64,000 nucleotides of DNA from Polyangiaceae bacterium (GCA_965222375.1 CBDCTZ010000014.1:256001-320000), one strand, 5' to 3'. Shown: positions 29,322-41,236, counted from the first letter of the stretch. Numbers and translations are program-made. The notes: generated by a model from the letters alone, not told the origin.

Positions 29322-30224
29322 TTATTCGGCGGCGCGCTCGCTGCGAAGCAAAGGAAAACCCAAGGCCTCACGCTGAGCTAGCCAAGCCGCAGCGACGCTG
29401 CGCGCCATGGTGCGTACGCGCAGGATGAAACGCTGCCGCTCGGTAACGCTAATCGCCCCTCGTGCGTCGAGCACATTGAAAGCGTGGGCGCCCTTGATCA
29501 CGAAATCGTATGCGGGCAAGACGAGCTTGGCGAGAGGGTCCTCGCCGCGTTCGAGCATGCGCTTCACCTCTGCTTCGGCTTGATCGAAGGCCGCGAAATG
29601 CGCGGCAATCTCCGCTTCTTCGAAGTTGTAGGTGGACCACTCCCACTCGGCGCGCTGATAGATCTCGCCGTAGCGCACGCGTTCGTCGAACATCAGATCG
29701 TAGACGTTGTCCACGTCCTGCAAGTACATGGCGATACGCTCCAGACCGTAGGTCAGCTCTCCGCTGACCGGCTTGCAGTCGAAACCACCGGCCTGCTGAA
29801 AGTAAGTGAACTGACTGATCTCCAGACCATCTAGCCAGACCTGCCAGCCTAGCCCCCAGGCGCCCAGGGTCGGGCTCTCCCAGTCGTCTTCGATGAAGCG
29901 CACGTCGTGCTCCAAGGGATCCGTGCCCAGGGCGACCAGGGATTCGAGGTAGACGTCTTGGATGTCCAAGGGACTAGGCTTGAGGATCACCTGGAACTGG
30001 TGAAACTGCTGGAGCCGGTTCGGGTTGTCACCGTAGCGCCCGTCGGTTGGGCGGCGAGAGGGCTCCACATAGGCGACGTTCCAAGGCTCGGGTCCCAAGC
30101 TGCGCAAGAAGGTGCATGGGTTGTAGGTGCCCGCTCCGACCTCGGAGTTGTAGGGCTGTACGATCAGACAGCCGCGCTCGGCCCAGAACTTCTGCAGGTT
30201 GAGAATTAGGTCTTGGAAGTACAT
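29322..30224 (-). CDS. glyQ: Glycine--tRNA ligase alpha subunit
   Basis: [72 protein letters not shown]. Confidence 0.97.
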   Translation of the reverse strand: MYFQDLILNLQKFWAERGCLIVQPYNSEVGAGTYNPCTFLRSLGPEPWNVAYVEPSRRPTDGRYGDNPNRLQQFHQFQVILKPSPLDIQDVYLESLVALGTDPLEHDVRFIEDDWESPTLGAWGLGWQVWLDGLEISQFTYFQQAGGFDCKPVSGELTYGLERIAMYLQDVDNVYDLMFDERVRYGEIYQRAEWEWSTYNFEEAEIAAHFAAFDQAEAEVKRMLERGEDPLAKLVLPAYDFVIKGAHAFNVLDARGAISVTERQRFILRVRTMARSVAAAWLAQREALGFPLLRSERAAE

Positions 30225-30284
30225 GCTGAAAACCTGAGTGCAGGCTAGAGTGGTTTTGGCGCCGAGCAAAGTCGCAATGGCAGC

Positions 30285-31577
30285 TCAGGCCGCCGAGCCC
30301 GACAATCCGGCCTCATCGAAGAAGCGGCGCTCTACTGCTGCGTAGTCGACTTCCACGTCCAAGCGTGCGAGCACGGAGTAGAACCCGAATTGTAGTCGGT
30401 TGATGAACACCATTCCTGGCGGCAGCGGCACGACATTGCCGTCCTTTTCGAAGAGCAAGCGTTTCATGTCGCGGACGCCATCTACGAGCTCCGCCACGTA
30501 GCTGCGTGTGATCTTGTAGGGCGGCGAAAACAGCGGCTCGAAACACTTGCGTGAGTAGGTGACGGCAGCGCGCTCGTAGGCGCCGCCCTGGGTTTCCAGC
30601 AGCACCTTGGCTTTGGCGCTGAAGGCGTCTTCGTCCCGATCTAGCGCCGCAAGGTGCAGCTCCCGAGCATGCTCGAGGCGCGGGCCCTCGATGGGCTGCA
30701 CGCAGCCGAAGTCGAGAAACGTCACGGAGCCATCCTCGGCGAACAGGTAGTTACCCGGGTGCGGGTCCGCGTTGAATTGGCCGCCCACCAAGTTGCCCTT
30801 GAAGACGAAGCGCCACAGGGTCTCGGCGTGGGCGCGGCGCTGCGCGGCGCTGCCCTCAGCGGCCTCTTCCAGGCTGCGGCCGACACAGAGTTCACTCGTG
30901 AGCACGCGCCGCTTGGTACGTTCCTTGACGACCGCGGGGATGCGGATCTTGTCGTCTCCCGCATGCAGCGAGCGAAACTCCTCTTGGCGGCGCGCCTCCA
31001 AGTCGTAGTCCAGCTCTTCCCGGAAGCGCGTGCGGATCTCTTGGAAGATGCGCTTGGCGTCCATGGCCTTGGGCCCCACTGCGCCGACCACGCTGTTGAG
31101 CACGGCGGCGTTGGAGAGATCGGCTTCGATGGCTTTGTCGATGCCCGGATGTTGGACCTTGACCGCGACCGCGCGGCCGTCATGCAGGGTTGCTCGGTGA
31201 ACTTGCCCGATGGATGCACTGGCGAAAGGAGCGTGCTCCCAGTCGGCGAAGAGCTCTTCCAGGGGTGCGCCGAGTTCCTCGACTACGACCTCCGCGATCG
31301 CCTCGGGACTCGAACGCGGCGCAGCTGAACGCAGCTTGGTCAACGCGGCCTCGTAGGACTCGCGCTGTCCTTCTGGCACGACGCCATCGACGTAGCTCGC
31401 CATCTGCCCCACCTTCGCTGCCAGGCCTCGTAGGTTGCCGAGAACCTCCGCAGCATGGGCAGCCGCCGCCTCCGCCTTGCCGCGGGTCAGCATGGCGGCG
31501 CCCGTGCGAGCACCTACGCTGGCCATTCGGGCCAAGCGACCGAGCCGGCCCCGCGGTACGCTGCGTTCGTCGCTCAC
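30285..31577 (-). CDS. ABC1/UbiB/AarF family atypical kinase
   Basis: KVGQ, PFASASIGQVHRA, VAVKVQHPG, EELDY, ADPHPGNY, LDFGC. Confidence 0.92.
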   Translation of the reverse strand: MSDERSVPRGRLGRLARMASVGARTGAAMLTRGKAEAAAAHAAEVLGNLRGLAAKVGQMASYVDGVVPEGQRESYEAALTKLRSAAPRSSPEAIAEVVVEELGAPLEELFADWEHAPFASASIGQVHRATLHDGRAVAVKVQHPGIDKAIEADLSNAAVLNSVVGAVGPKAMDAKRIFQEIRTRFREELDYDLEARRQEEFRSLHAGDDKIRIPAVVKERTKRRVLTSELCVGRSLEEAAEGSAAQRRAHAETLWRFVFKGNLVGGQFNADPHPGNYLFAEDGSVTFLDFGCVQPIEGPRLEHARELHLAALDRDEDAFSAKAKVLLETQGGAYERAAVTYSRKCFEPLFSPPYKITRSYVAELVDGVRDMKRLLFEKDGNVVPLPPGMVFINRLQFGFYSVLARLDVEVDYAAVERRFFDEAGLSGSAA

Positions 31578-31682
31578 GGTGTTCTAACTTGCGCCCTAGT
31601 TGGCGGCTGACAAGTCCGCCGAAAACGGGTCGTCAATGCCGAGTGTGATACTCTATCCGCTATCCGAAGAGGTCCAAGACTC

Positions 31683-32915
31683 ATGAGGGCTTTCCGTATC
31701 TTTGTTTGTGTTGGCGCGGGGTTGAGTCTCGCTTCCTGCGCCTTCTTGTTGGACTTTGACGAGCTCCAGGACGAGACGGGAGCGGACGCCTCGGCGGGGG
31801 GCACGGCTGGGGCTTCGGGCAGCTCGGGCTTCGCCGGCGCGGCGGCCAGCGCCGGCTCGTCGGGTAGCTCGGGTGCCGGGGGTGGAGCGGGCGTGGACTT
31901 GGGCAAGCTGGCGAACACGACCGCCGGAGCCGTTTGCGCAAAGTTGGAGCAGTGTTTCGGAACGCCCGCGATGCCATTGATCTTCGGCGACGCCGTCTGC
32001 GAGCAAGCACTGTCGGCTTTCCTGGTGAACGCCACCTTTTCGCAAGTGGCCGAGTCCGCGAAGGTCGGAAAGGTCAAGCTCAACCCGGGCAAGATCAATA
32101 CGTGTGTGAAAGAGTTCCAGGCGCTGGCCTGCAGGGACGTGAGCTTCGACTTCCCGGCGCCCTGTCGCAAGGTCGTGGAGGGGCTCGTCGCCAAGGATCA
32201 GTCCTGCGCGCATACCTTGGAGTGTCAACTTGGGCTGTACTGCTCCGTTACCGCTACCGGGACCTGTCCGGGTAAGTGCGCACCCTTTCGAAAGAGTGGC
32301 GAGTCTTGCTCAGGACTCGACCCCTGCGAAGCGGGTCTGGGCTGCACTCAGGGCAAGTGCGCGCCGTTTGCTGCGGTGGACGGGGACTGCGAGGGTCCAA
32401 CTGGCGTGGAATGCGAGGTCGGTGCTTTCTGTTTCGGCGACAAGGACGGCACGGCCCCGGAAGCCGGAAAATGCGTGGACACCAAGGGGATCTTCTCCCG
32501 GGAGCCTGCGCAGCCTTGTTCCAGTTGGCTAGATGCTCTGGTCAATCCGGCCGCGTTCACGTTGTGCAAGAACGGCGTCTGTCCAGTGTCCAAGTTGAAT
32601 CCAACTTGCAGCAGTTTTCTAGCGACGCCGGGCTCGCCTTGCGAACTGTCACTGCCGGATCCATGTCCGAACGGCCAATACTGCAGCACCTTGCAGAAGA
32701 AGTGCATTGACCTGCCCACCGACGGCGAAGCTTGCGCACCCGCGTCATCGGTCAAGGGACCCTGCAAAGCGGGCCATAGCTGCAACGGACTCACGTGCGA
32801 TCTCCAACTCGCCAACGGGCAGCAGTGTGACGCCGACGAACAATGCTTCAGTGGTCGTTGCGATCTGGGCGCCAGCAACCAGTGCATCCCGCCGGGGTGT
32901 CCCGTGATGCCGTAA
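31683..32915 (+). CDS. Cys-rich lipoprotein
   Basis: LAS-C lipobox, AFLLDFDELQD, GSA linker, many Cys modules (C...GLYC, GESC...C..GL.C). Confidence 0.8.
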   Translation: MRAFRIFVCVGAGLSLASCAFLLDFDELQDETGADASAGGTAGASGSSGFAGAAASAGSSGSSGAGGGAGVDLGKLANTTAGAVCAKLEQCFGTPAMPLIFGDAVCEQALSAFLVNATFSQVAESAKVGKVKLNPGKINTCVKEFQALACRDVSFDFPAPCRKVVEGLVAKDQSCAHTLECQLGLYCSVTATGTCPGKCAPFRKSGESCSGLDPCEAGLGCTQGKCAPFAAVDGDCEGPTGVECEVGAFCFGDKDGTAPEAGKCVDTKGIFSREPAQPCSSWLDALVNPAAFTLCKNGVCPVSKLNPTCSSFLATPGSPCELSLPDPCPNGQYCSTLQKKCIDLPTDGEACAPASSVKGPCKAGHSCNGLTCDLQLANGQQCDADEQCFSGRCDLGASNQCIPPGCPVMP

Positions 32916-33107
32916 CTCCGCAGCGTCGACTCAGAGCGGGCGACTGCACCGCCCTTCCCACCGGGCCAGCGCCCGTCAGCGCGTGCGAGACAGTACGCCC
33001 GTGCCGAAGTGACTTCGGCGGCCTGGGTTTTCGCATGATCTGCAGCGAATGCAGGCGCTTGCGCGAGGCTATGGTAATTTGCTTTTCGGCCTCAGCCCCC
33101 TGAGACG

Positions 33108-34565
33108 ATGAAAACTTACACCCTGCTTGCCTCGATAGGTGCGGCGCTCATCGCGAGCTCTTGCGCGTTTCTCCTGGACTTTGGCGAGCTTCAAGATGAC
33201 CCGGGCGCAGACGCCTCCCTGGGCGGAAGTGCTGGCGCGTCGGGTTCGTCGGGAAGTTCCGGCGCTTCAGGGAGCGGCGGTAGCGATGGCGACGCGGGCA
33301 CGGACGCGTCGGCGGTGGAGTGCAGTGGCGCTGCCGATTGCGACGATCAGGATCCATTCACCACCGACACGTGTGAAAACAAAATCTGCAAGTACGCCGC
33401 CAACGGAAAGCTTGTGGAAGATGGGTTCGTACTGGATCAGAGCGCTCCCTACGCGCGTCGCGTAACTCTGGCTGCTGGCGGCAACACGTTCTTCGTGTCG
33501 ACGTATCAGGCGAACCTGGTTGGCACGACCATCTACGACACACGGCTCTCCGCATTTGCCTCGGACGCCACTTCCGCGCAAGCGCTTCCGGGCGTTCCGG
33601 TGGCAAATCTACTCCCGTTGCCAGATGGTGGAACCAGCGAAACCGCTCTAAGTGCGATTGGCATGCGGGCGGATGCGAGCGGGGTGGACGCTTTCTTCGC
33701 CACCAGTCCCTCTTTAGGAAAAGCCAAAGTCTGGTACGCGAAGTTTGGCGGTCAGCTCCAGGTGCTCGTGCCGCCAAAAGAGCTGAGTTCGGATTACAAT
33801 GGAATTGATACGCGCCGCCACCCCATGGCTCAGATGATTGGGCAAGATGTCGTCGGATACTGGATTGGATCGGGCGGAACTATCAACGTTCAAGGACCGA
33901 GCAAGACAGTCGGCGCTTTTGCTGAGAGCGCGGCCTATGTGGCGCCCGTCGCGACCGCCGCCGGCGACCACTCCTATTTCCTAAAGAATGCGGACGAAAC
34001 GGCGTTTCACTACAAGTTTGGAAGCACGAGGAAAGCGAACCCGGACTGCAACCTCTCGCCGGATGCGACGAATTGGGGGCCCATCGCAGCGACCAGCCCG
34101 ACGCCGGGCCTGGCGTTTGTCGCCTACTCCTCGGGAAGTGTGCTTGGCGCAACCGTGTCGGAGATCCGACTCGTGGTCTGTGATGGGGACAACTGCACCA
34201 CGGTGGGCACCTGTTCAAACGACGCCAGCATTCCCAATGGTCGCAATCCCGCCCTCGATTCGGTGCTCACTTCCGCGACCCTCAAGTCCGGCGTTCGCGT
34301 GCGCGTGGCATCGGTCACGCCCGTTGCCGATGGCACGGCGACGAGCATGGCCCTCGCTCTCAGTTTCTTCGATCCAGGCAGTGCAGGGAAGAACTCTGGG
34401 ACGTACATTATCAATGTCGTCACTGACCAAAAGGGGGCGAAGACCGTTACGGCCGATTATCCCGCGGTTGCCATTCTGGGTGACAAGGTCGTCGTCGCCT
34501 GGATCGATGGCGCCGAAGGCGCGCAGGTGGTCCACCTGCGCCGCTACAAGCTCGCCCCACCCTGA
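33108..34565 (+). CDS. Lipoprotein sharing its N-terminus with 31683..32915; beta-rich body
   Basis: ASS-C AFLLDFGELQD, GS linker, CDDQDPFTTDTC module, beta-strand-rich remainder. Confidence 0.8.
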   Translation: MKTYTLLASIGAALIASSCAFLLDFGELQDDPGADASLGGSAGASGSSGSSGASGSGGSDGDAGTDASAVECSGAADCDDQDPFTTDTCENKICKYAANGKLVEDGFVLDQSAPYARRVTLAAGGNTFFVSTYQANLVGTTIYDTRLSAFASDATSAQALPGVPVANLLPLPDGGTSETALSAIGMRADASGVDAFFATSPSLGKAKVWYAKFGGQLQVLVPPKELSSDYNGIDTRRHPMAQMIGQDVVGYWIGSGGTINVQGPSKTVGAFAESAAYVAPVATAAGDHSYFLKNADETAFHYKFGSTRKANPDCNLSPDATNWGPIAATSPTPGLAFVAYSSGSVLGATVSEIRLVVCDGDNCTTVGTCSNDASIPNGRNPALDSVLTSATLKSGVRVRVASVTPVADGTATSMALALSFFDPGSAGKNSGTYIINVVTDQKGAKTVTADYPAVAILGDKVVVAWIDGAEGAQVVHLRRYKLAPP

Positions 34566-34623
34566 GTTGCCGCTCGGACAAGTGAGCGTGGCGGGAAGTC
34601 GTGAGTATCGCTATGCTTGTCGA

Positions 34624-34896
34624 ATGCTACGGCACTGCGCGTTGGTGTTGTTCTTGGCCGCACCCGTGCTTGCTTGCGACCGCCCACCCGGCGCCGGCGG
34701 CCTAGAGCGCCGCGAATGCAACGAGTTGATGCGCCGGGTCGACCGCCTGAAGAACGCCGACATGGGCACGGCCAACGACGTGGCGCGCAATCGGAGGGTG
34801 GACCGCTGTATGGATCGCGGCACTCGACAGTGGGCAGACTGCATCAAGTTTGCGGAAACCGCTTCAGCGGTCAACGACTGCGACCGACTACTGTAG
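34624..34896 (+). CDS. Small Cys-containing lipoprotein
   Basis: MLRHCALVLFLAAPVLA-C; four spaced Cys in a helical body. This is the true part of ORF 33988..34896. Confidence 0.65.
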   Translation: MLRHCALVLFLAAPVLACDRPPGAGGLERRECNELMRRVDRLKNADMGTANDVARNRRVDRCMDRGTRQWADCIKFAETASAVNDCDRLL

Positions 34897-34933
34897 TCTC
34901 GTTGGAGCGCCGACTCCAAGCTTACGAACTGCG

Positions 34934-36220
34934 ATGATTCTCCAAGGACCGGATTTTCAGAAACACGTCTTGGTGCTAGTCGGCCTTCCCGCTCGAGGCA
35001 AGACCTTCGTGGCACGCAAGATCGCGCGCTACCTCTCCTGGCTGGGTTACGCCACGCGAAGCTTCAACGTTGGCGAGTACCGGCGCGCAATCGCCGGCGC
35101 CAAGCAGCCCGCGAGCTTCTTTGCACCCGACGCAGAGCATCGCGAGTTGCGCGAACGCATCGCGATGAAGACCCTCGACGACCTGCTCGCGTACTTGGGC
35201 GAGCGTGGGGACGTTGCCATTTACGATGCGACGAACACCGAAAAGGACCGCCGGCAGCGCGTCTACGAGCGCTGCAAGGCCGCTGGTGCGGAGGTCATCT
35301 TCATCGAGTCCATCTGCGAAGACGATGCCGTTGTCGAAGCCAACGTCCGGGAAAACAAGTTGCGTTCACCGGACTACCAGGAGATGGCCCCGGAAGCCGC
35401 AGTCTCGGATTTTCGTGAACGAATTGCCCAATATGAACGCACCTACGAGCCGGTCGATGATGAAGACCGCTGCTATGTGAAGCTCATCGACGTGGGGCGC
35501 AAGGTCGTGGTCAACCGCATGCAGGGCTACCTCGGCGCTCGGCTGGTCTTCTTCTTGATGAACCTGCACTCGGGTCGTCGCAAGATCTGGCTAACTCGCC
35601 ACGGTGAGAGCGAGTTCAACCTCGAGGGTCGTATTGGCGGCAATCCACCGCTATCGGAGCGCGGACGTGCGTACGCGCAAAGCTTGGTGGAGTTCTTTGC
35701 TGCCACCAAGCCCGAGCGCTTGGAGGCGTGGACCAGCAGTCTGGACCGGTCCATCAGCACCGCAGAACCCCTGCCGGCTACGAAGCTAGTCCGCCGAGCT
35801 CTCGACGAAATCGATGCTGGGGTCTGTGACAGCATGACCTATCGAGAAATCCGCGAGACGATGCCCGTCGAGTACCGCGCCCGAGCTGCCGACAAGTTCC
35901 GCTATCGCTATCCGGATGGTGAATCCTACATTGACGTGATTCAGCGCCTGGAGCCCGTCATCTTCGACTTGGAACGTCAAAAGGCTCCGGTGCTCGTGGT
36001 CGCTCACCACGCCATCGCTCGGGCGCTGTATGCCTACCTCATGGGGCGGCCCCAGGAGGACACGCCCCACGTGTTCATGCCACTGCATACACTGATCGAG
36101 CTGACACCGACGGCCTACGGCTATGAAGAAAAGCGTTTCGAACTTGGCCCGCACGTCCAGAACGAGGACACCCTGCACCCCATGAGCGTGGGCTCGCCAC
36201 CACTTCCGCCGCTGCCCTGA
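34934..36220 (+). CDS. Bifunctional 6-phosphofructo-2-kinase / fructose-2,6-bisphosphatase (eukaryote-type)
   Basis: Kinase: VGLPARGKT, FNVGEYRR, DATNT, FIESIC, SPDY, DFRERI..Y...YEP. Phosphatase: RHGES, TSSLDRS, LDEIDAGVCD, DKFRYRYPDGESY, VAHHA, PLHT. Confidence 0.9.
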   Translation: MILQGPDFQKHVLVLVGLPARGKTFVARKIARYLSWLGYATRSFNVGEYRRAIAGAKQPASFFAPDAEHRELRERIAMKTLDDLLAYLGERGDVAIYDATNTEKDRRQRVYERCKAAGAEVIFIESICEDDAVVEANVRENKLRSPDYQEMAPEAAVSDFRERIAQYERTYEPVDDEDRCYVKLIDVGRKVVVNRMQGYLGARLVFFLMNLHSGRRKIWLTRHGESEFNLEGRIGGNPPLSERGRAYAQSLVEFFAATKPERLEAWTSSLDRSISTAEPLPATKLVRRALDEIDAGVCDSMTYREIRETMPVEYRARAADKFRYRYPDGESYIDVIQRLEPVIFDLERQKAPVLVVAHHAIARALYAYLMGRPQEDTPHVFMPLHTLIELTPTAYGYEEKRFELGPHVQNEDTLHPMSVGSPPLPPLP

Positions 36221-36272
36221 CTCGACGCCCCAAGCGTTGGCTTCGCTTCGCGGAGCCGCCTGCGAGCCGTAG

Positions 36273-37130
<858 letters not shown>

Positions 37131-37360
37131 GGCACTGAGGTTGTGCAACCCGCGGTCCATGCGCTCGGCCAGCAAGACGTCCGGAAAAACTGCATCATCG
37201 AGGATTCCGCGGAACACTCCACGCTAGCAAAAGTCAAATGATTACAGCTCATTAGCGCTGTGACTCCGTCGCTGGCCCAGTCCTGTGACACCTGGGAAGC
37301 GAAAAGACCGCGCTTGGCCGGATCTCAAGCTTCGTCCCCAACGACCGTTTGACGTTACTA

Positions 37361-37780
37361 ATGGGGAACGCCGCTCGCCCTAGTGTACTGATCGTCGATG
37401 ATGACCCCGTCTGCCTCGAGCTGACTAGCGCGGTGCTCGAGAACGCGGGCTTTGCCGTGATTTCCCGGAGCTCGCCCTTGGGCTTGAGTGCGGTGTTTTC
37501 ACGCACGCCTCCGGATGTCGCTCTAATTGACGTCAGCATGCCAGCGCTGCGGGGCGACCGCGTAGTGGAGATACTGAAGCGCTACTTCACGGACGAAGCA
37601 GAGCGTGCTCACCGCTGTGCCGTGGTTTTATTCTCCGGTCTGTCACCCGGTGAGTTGATGAAGATCGCGGACGCCTGTGGTGCCGACGCCTTCCTCTCCA
37701 AGTCTGTACCTCCGGAGGAGCTTGGGCCAAGGCTCAAGAACATCATCGCTCGTTGCCGCGAAGAACCCGTTGCATGCTGA
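37361..37780 (+). CDS. Single-domain response regulator
   Basis: VLIVDDD, IDVSMP (phospho-Asp), LFSG, GADAFLSK. Confidence 0.9.
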   Translation: MGNAARPSVLIVDDDPVCLELTSAVLENAGFAVISRSSPLGLSAVFSRTPPDVALIDVSMPALRGDRVVEILKRYFTDEAERAHRCAVVLFSGLSPGELMKIADACGADAFLSKSVPPEELGPRLKNIIARCREEPVAC

Positions 37781-37790
37781 AGGAGCTTTC

Positions 37791-38954
37791 ATGTCCGACG
37801 ATTCGAACGACACGCTGAAGGTCAAAAAGGGCGCGAGCCGCGCACAAGATCCAGTCGCTGCGGCGCGGGAGCTGGCCGAGGCCATCCGTCAACCCAACAC
37901 GAAGTTCGCGCTCTTTTATTGTTCGCCGCACTACGATCTCGACGTCTTGGGCAAAGCGCTCACGGCAGAGCTTCCCGGAATCGAGCTGATTGGCTGCACT
38001 ACGGCCGGCGAAATCACACCCATCGGCTACCTGGAAGGTGCCTTGACCGGCGTCAGCATTGCGAGCGAAGACCTCCGCGCAGTCAGCCGCCGGGTCGACA
38101 ACCTGGACGAATTCGAATTCGTTCAGGGAGAGCAGGTCGCCAAAGACCTGCTCCAGACCCTTCGCCACGAAGGTCGTGAGGCCAACGGCGAGAATACCTT
38201 CGGGTTTCTGTTGATCGATGGCCTCTCGACCAAGGAGGAGGGCGTCGTCAGCGCCATCTATCGCGGCTTGGGCAACATCCAGCTGTTTGGCGGGTCGGCG
38301 GGAGACGGCACGCGATTCGAAGCGACCTATGTTTTCCACGAAGGGAAGTTCCGAAAGAACTGCGCAGTGTTCACCCTGTTCCACACGGCGCACCCTTTCG
38401 TGGTGTTCAAGACGCAACACTTCGTCAGCTCCGAAGACAAGATGGTCGTGACCGAGGCGGATCCCGCTCGCCGCATCGTGACCGAGATCAATGGGGAACC
38501 TGCGGGCCGTGAGTACGCGCGCATGGTGGGGCTAGAGGTGGACAAACTCACGCCTCTCATCTTCTCGACCTACCCCGTCGTGGTGAATCTAGGCGGGAGC
38601 TACTACGTGCGCTCGATCCAGAAAGTCAACGAAGACGAGAGCCTCACTTTCTTCTGCGCCATCGACGAAGGCATCGTGCTGACCGTGGCGCGTGGCGTCG
38701 ACCTGATCGAAAACCTGGAGCAGACCTTTGACGGCATTCGGCGCCAAGTCGGTGAGCCGGAACTCATATTGGGTTGCGACTGCATCCTGCGCCATCTGGA
38801 GATCGACCAGAGAGAAATCACCGATCAGGTCGCGGAGCTCTTGGCTCGAAACAACGTGATTGGCTTCGCGACCTATGGTGAGCAGTACAACGCCCTGCAC
38901 GTGAACCAGACGTTTACGGGAGTCGCACTCGGAACGCTAAAGAAGGCTTCATGA
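37791..38954 (+). CDS. nosP: FIST-domain sensor, NosP-like
   Basis: [80 protein letters not shown]-coupled to a hybrid kinase. Confidence 0.8.
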   Translation: MSDDSNDTLKVKKGASRAQDPVAAARELAEAIRQPNTKFALFYCSPHYDLDVLGKALTAELPGIELIGCTTAGEITPIGYLEGALTGVSIASEDLRAVSRRVDNLDEFEFVQGEQVAKDLLQTLRHEGREANGENTFGFLLIDGLSTKEEGVVSAIYRGLGNIQLFGGSAGDGTRFEATYVFHEGKFRKNCAVFTLFHTAHPFVVFKTQHFVSSEDKMVVTEADPARRIVTEINGEPAGREYARMVGLEVDKLTPLIFSTYPVVVNLGGSYYVRSIQKVNEDESLTFFCAIDEGIVLTVARGVDLIENLEQTFDGIRRQVGEPELILGCDCILRHLEIDQREITDQVAELLARNNVIGFATYGEQYNALHVNQTFTGVALGTLKKAS

Positions 38955-41236
38955 CCGAATCGACGGAGCGAGAGCGGGAGCTCGCCGCCACCGTTCGGAA
39001 GCTGGAAAAGATCAACAAGGTCCTGATGGCCCGCGTCGAACGTGGGATGGAGATGCAGGGCGGCGCCTTCTCGCTGTTTCAGGCTGCCACGGCGTTGGAA
39101 AAGGAAGTTCAGACTCGCACCGCCGCCCTCAAGGCTACCCTGCACGAGCTGGAACGCTCCAACCGAGAGCTCACAGCAGCCAAGGAGGCTGCCGACGCTG
39201 CCAACCGCGCCAAGTCCGAGTTTCTGGCCAACATGAGTCACGAGATCCGAACGCCCATGAACGGTGTGTTGGGCATGACCGAGTTACTCTTGGCCACCCA
39301 GCTGAAGGAAAACCAGGGCAAGCTGGTCGGCACGATCCAACGCTCAGCCGAGTCGCTCCTCGGGATCATCAACGACATCCTGGACTTCTCGAAAATAGAA
39401 GCAGGTCGTCTCGAACTCGAGCAGATCGATTTCAACCTGCGTGACGCCGTCGAAGAAACACTGGAGCTCTTCTCCGAACGGGCGTCGCGTAACGGCATCG
39501 AGCTGATCTGTGACATGCCCCGGGACCTGCCGGACCACGTCAAAGGGGACCCCGGCAGGTTGCGCCAGGTGCTGACGAATCTCGTGGGCAATGCGCTCAA
39601 GTTCACCGAGGCGGGCGAAGTGGAGCTGACGGTTCGCGAGCGAGAGCGGAGTGGCGAAACGTGTCTACTCAAGTTCGAGGTCCGCGACACGGGAATCGGG
39701 CTCAGTCCGGAAGCGTCGGCGCGAGTTTTCGACTCCTTCAGTCAGGCGGACGGCTCGACTACGCGAAAGTACGGCGGCACGGGACTTGGCCTAGCCATTA
39801 CTCAGCGTTTGACACACCTGATGAATGGCGAAATGGGGGTCGAGTCAGAGCTGGGGGTTGGCTCCACGTTCTGGTTCAGTGCCGAGCTCAGCTTGGCGCC
39901 CCAACCTGAAGCCAAGGCTGAGGCCTCCTGGCCCAAGCTGCGGGCCCTCGTCGTCGACCCCAACGCAGCGTCCCTGCGCGCTCTGCAGCAGCTGCTCGAG
40001 AGTTTCGGGATGGAAGTCGTTGGCGCAAAGGAACCAGGTGCGGCGCAGTCCGCCCTGGAGCACGCCCGGGTGGACTTGGTGCTGCTCGACTCCCTCGCGC
40101 CCGGAGCCAAGGGGATTCGAGAGCGGTTGGCAGACTTGTCCACTCCGTGCCTCACGCTGGAGCGGGTCGGATGTGAGCGTACTCAGTCTTGTGCCGATTC
40201 GCTCGCCAACGCGGAGCGCTTGGTGAAGCCCGTTCGACTGCGCCGGCTGAGCGCCGCCATCGCCCGCGCCCTGGGCGAACAAGCGGCACTGGAGTCGCCA
40301 CATGATTCATCGAGTACGCGGGGCGCCGTGTTTGCCGAGAAACTGGAGTGTCGCGTGCTGGTCGGCGAGGACAACCCCGTGAACCAGGAGGTCGTGCTCG
40401 GCATGCTCGGGCTCTTGGGTTGCGAAAGTGATCTGGTTGACAACGGGGTCGCCGTCCTCCGAGCGCTGGAAGCTGCGTCCTACGACGTCGTCCTGATGGA
40501 CTGCCAAATGCCAAAGATGGACGGCTTCGAAACCACGCGCCAGATCCGAGCTCTCGAGACCAAGACCGGTGCTCCCCGCCAACACATCATCGCCCTAACC
40601 GCGAACGCGATGCAAGGCGATCGTGAGCGTTGCCTGGATGCTGGCATGGACGACTTCGTCAGCAAACCGTTCAAACCTCGACAACTCTACGAGGCACTAC
40701 GTCGTGGGGTCGGTGGCGGCTCCGAGCAGCTGCGCGACGAAGCCGTCACCTCCGAGTCAGCCAGCGACCGAGTCGATCAGGTCGAAAGCACGTCGTTGCC
40801 GCTCTTCGACCCAGCTGTATTGGAACGCGTCGCTGCAGCCGCTGGGTCCAGCGCTGGCAAGTTGGAAGGGCGCTTGCTGAGCATCTTCTTGGACAACAGC
40901 GGAGCCTGGCTGGCGGATGCAAAGCGTGGAGTTCAACAGCAAGAGGGACGAACCCTGAGAGCTGCCGCTCACACCCTGAAGAGCAGCAGTGCCAACGTGG
41001 GCGGCCTCTGTCTCGCCAAGCTCGCCACCCGCATGGAGCAGTTCGGGGCCGAATCCAAGCTCGCTGATGCCGCCAAGCTGTTGCCCGAGTTCGTATCCAC
41101 CTACGAGAAGACCTGCACCTTGTTCCGCGCTTGGCTCTCCAATCGGGACACACCGACACGCGAGTCCCGGAGGGCCCGAACTTCCCAGGCTGCAGACAAG
41201 GGCGACGCTAGCGCGGCGGCTCAAGGCGAGGGCTGA
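38951..41236 (+). CDS. Hybrid histidine kinase (NahK-like; HisKA, HATPase, two REC, Hpt)
   Basis: [33 protein letters not shown]; degenerate first REC; second REC EDNPVN/MDCQMP; Hpt AHTLKSSS; no TM or sensor domain. Confidence 0.92.
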   Translation: MTESTERERELAATVRKLEKINKVLMARVERGMEMQGGAFSLFQAATALEKEVQTRTAALKATLHELERSNRELTAAKEAADAANRAKSEFLANMSHEIRTPMNGVLGMTELLLATQLKENQGKLVGTIQRSAESLLGIINDILDFSKIEAGRLELEQIDFNLRDAVEETLELFSERASRNGIELICDMPRDLPDHVKGDPGRLRQVLTNLVGNALKFTEAGEVELTVRERERSGETCLLKFEVRDTGIGLSPEASARVFDSFSQADGSTTRKYGGTGLGLAITQRLTHLMNGEMGVESELGVGSTFWFSAELSLAPQPEAKAEASWPKLRALVVDPNAASLRALQQLLESFGMEVVGAKEPGAAQSALEHARVDLVLLDSLAPGAKGIRERLADLSTPCLTLERVGCERTQSCADSLANAERLVKPVRLRRLSAAIARALGEQAALESPHDSSSTRGAVFAEKLECRVLVGEDNPVNQEVVLGMLGLLGCESDLVDNGVAVLRALEAASYDVVLMDCQMPKMDGFETTRQIRALETKTGAPRQHIIALTANAMQGDRERCLDAGMDDFVSKPFKPRQLYEALRRGVGGGSEQLRDEAVTSESASDRVDQVESTSLPLFDPAVLERVAAAAGSSAGKLEGRLLSIFLDNSGAWLADAKRGVQQQEGRTLRAAAHTLKSSSANVGGLCLAKLATRMEQFGAESKLADAAKLLPEFVSTYEKTCTLFRAWLSNRDTPTRESRRARTSQAADKGDASAAAQGEG

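Noticed and set aside
3199..30209. Long antisense/shadow ORFs (e.g. 3199..3888+, 4714..5736-, 15275..16420+, 26099..27394-)
   Set aside because: They lie opposite well-supported genes and are expected in high-GC DNA; no recognisable motifs.
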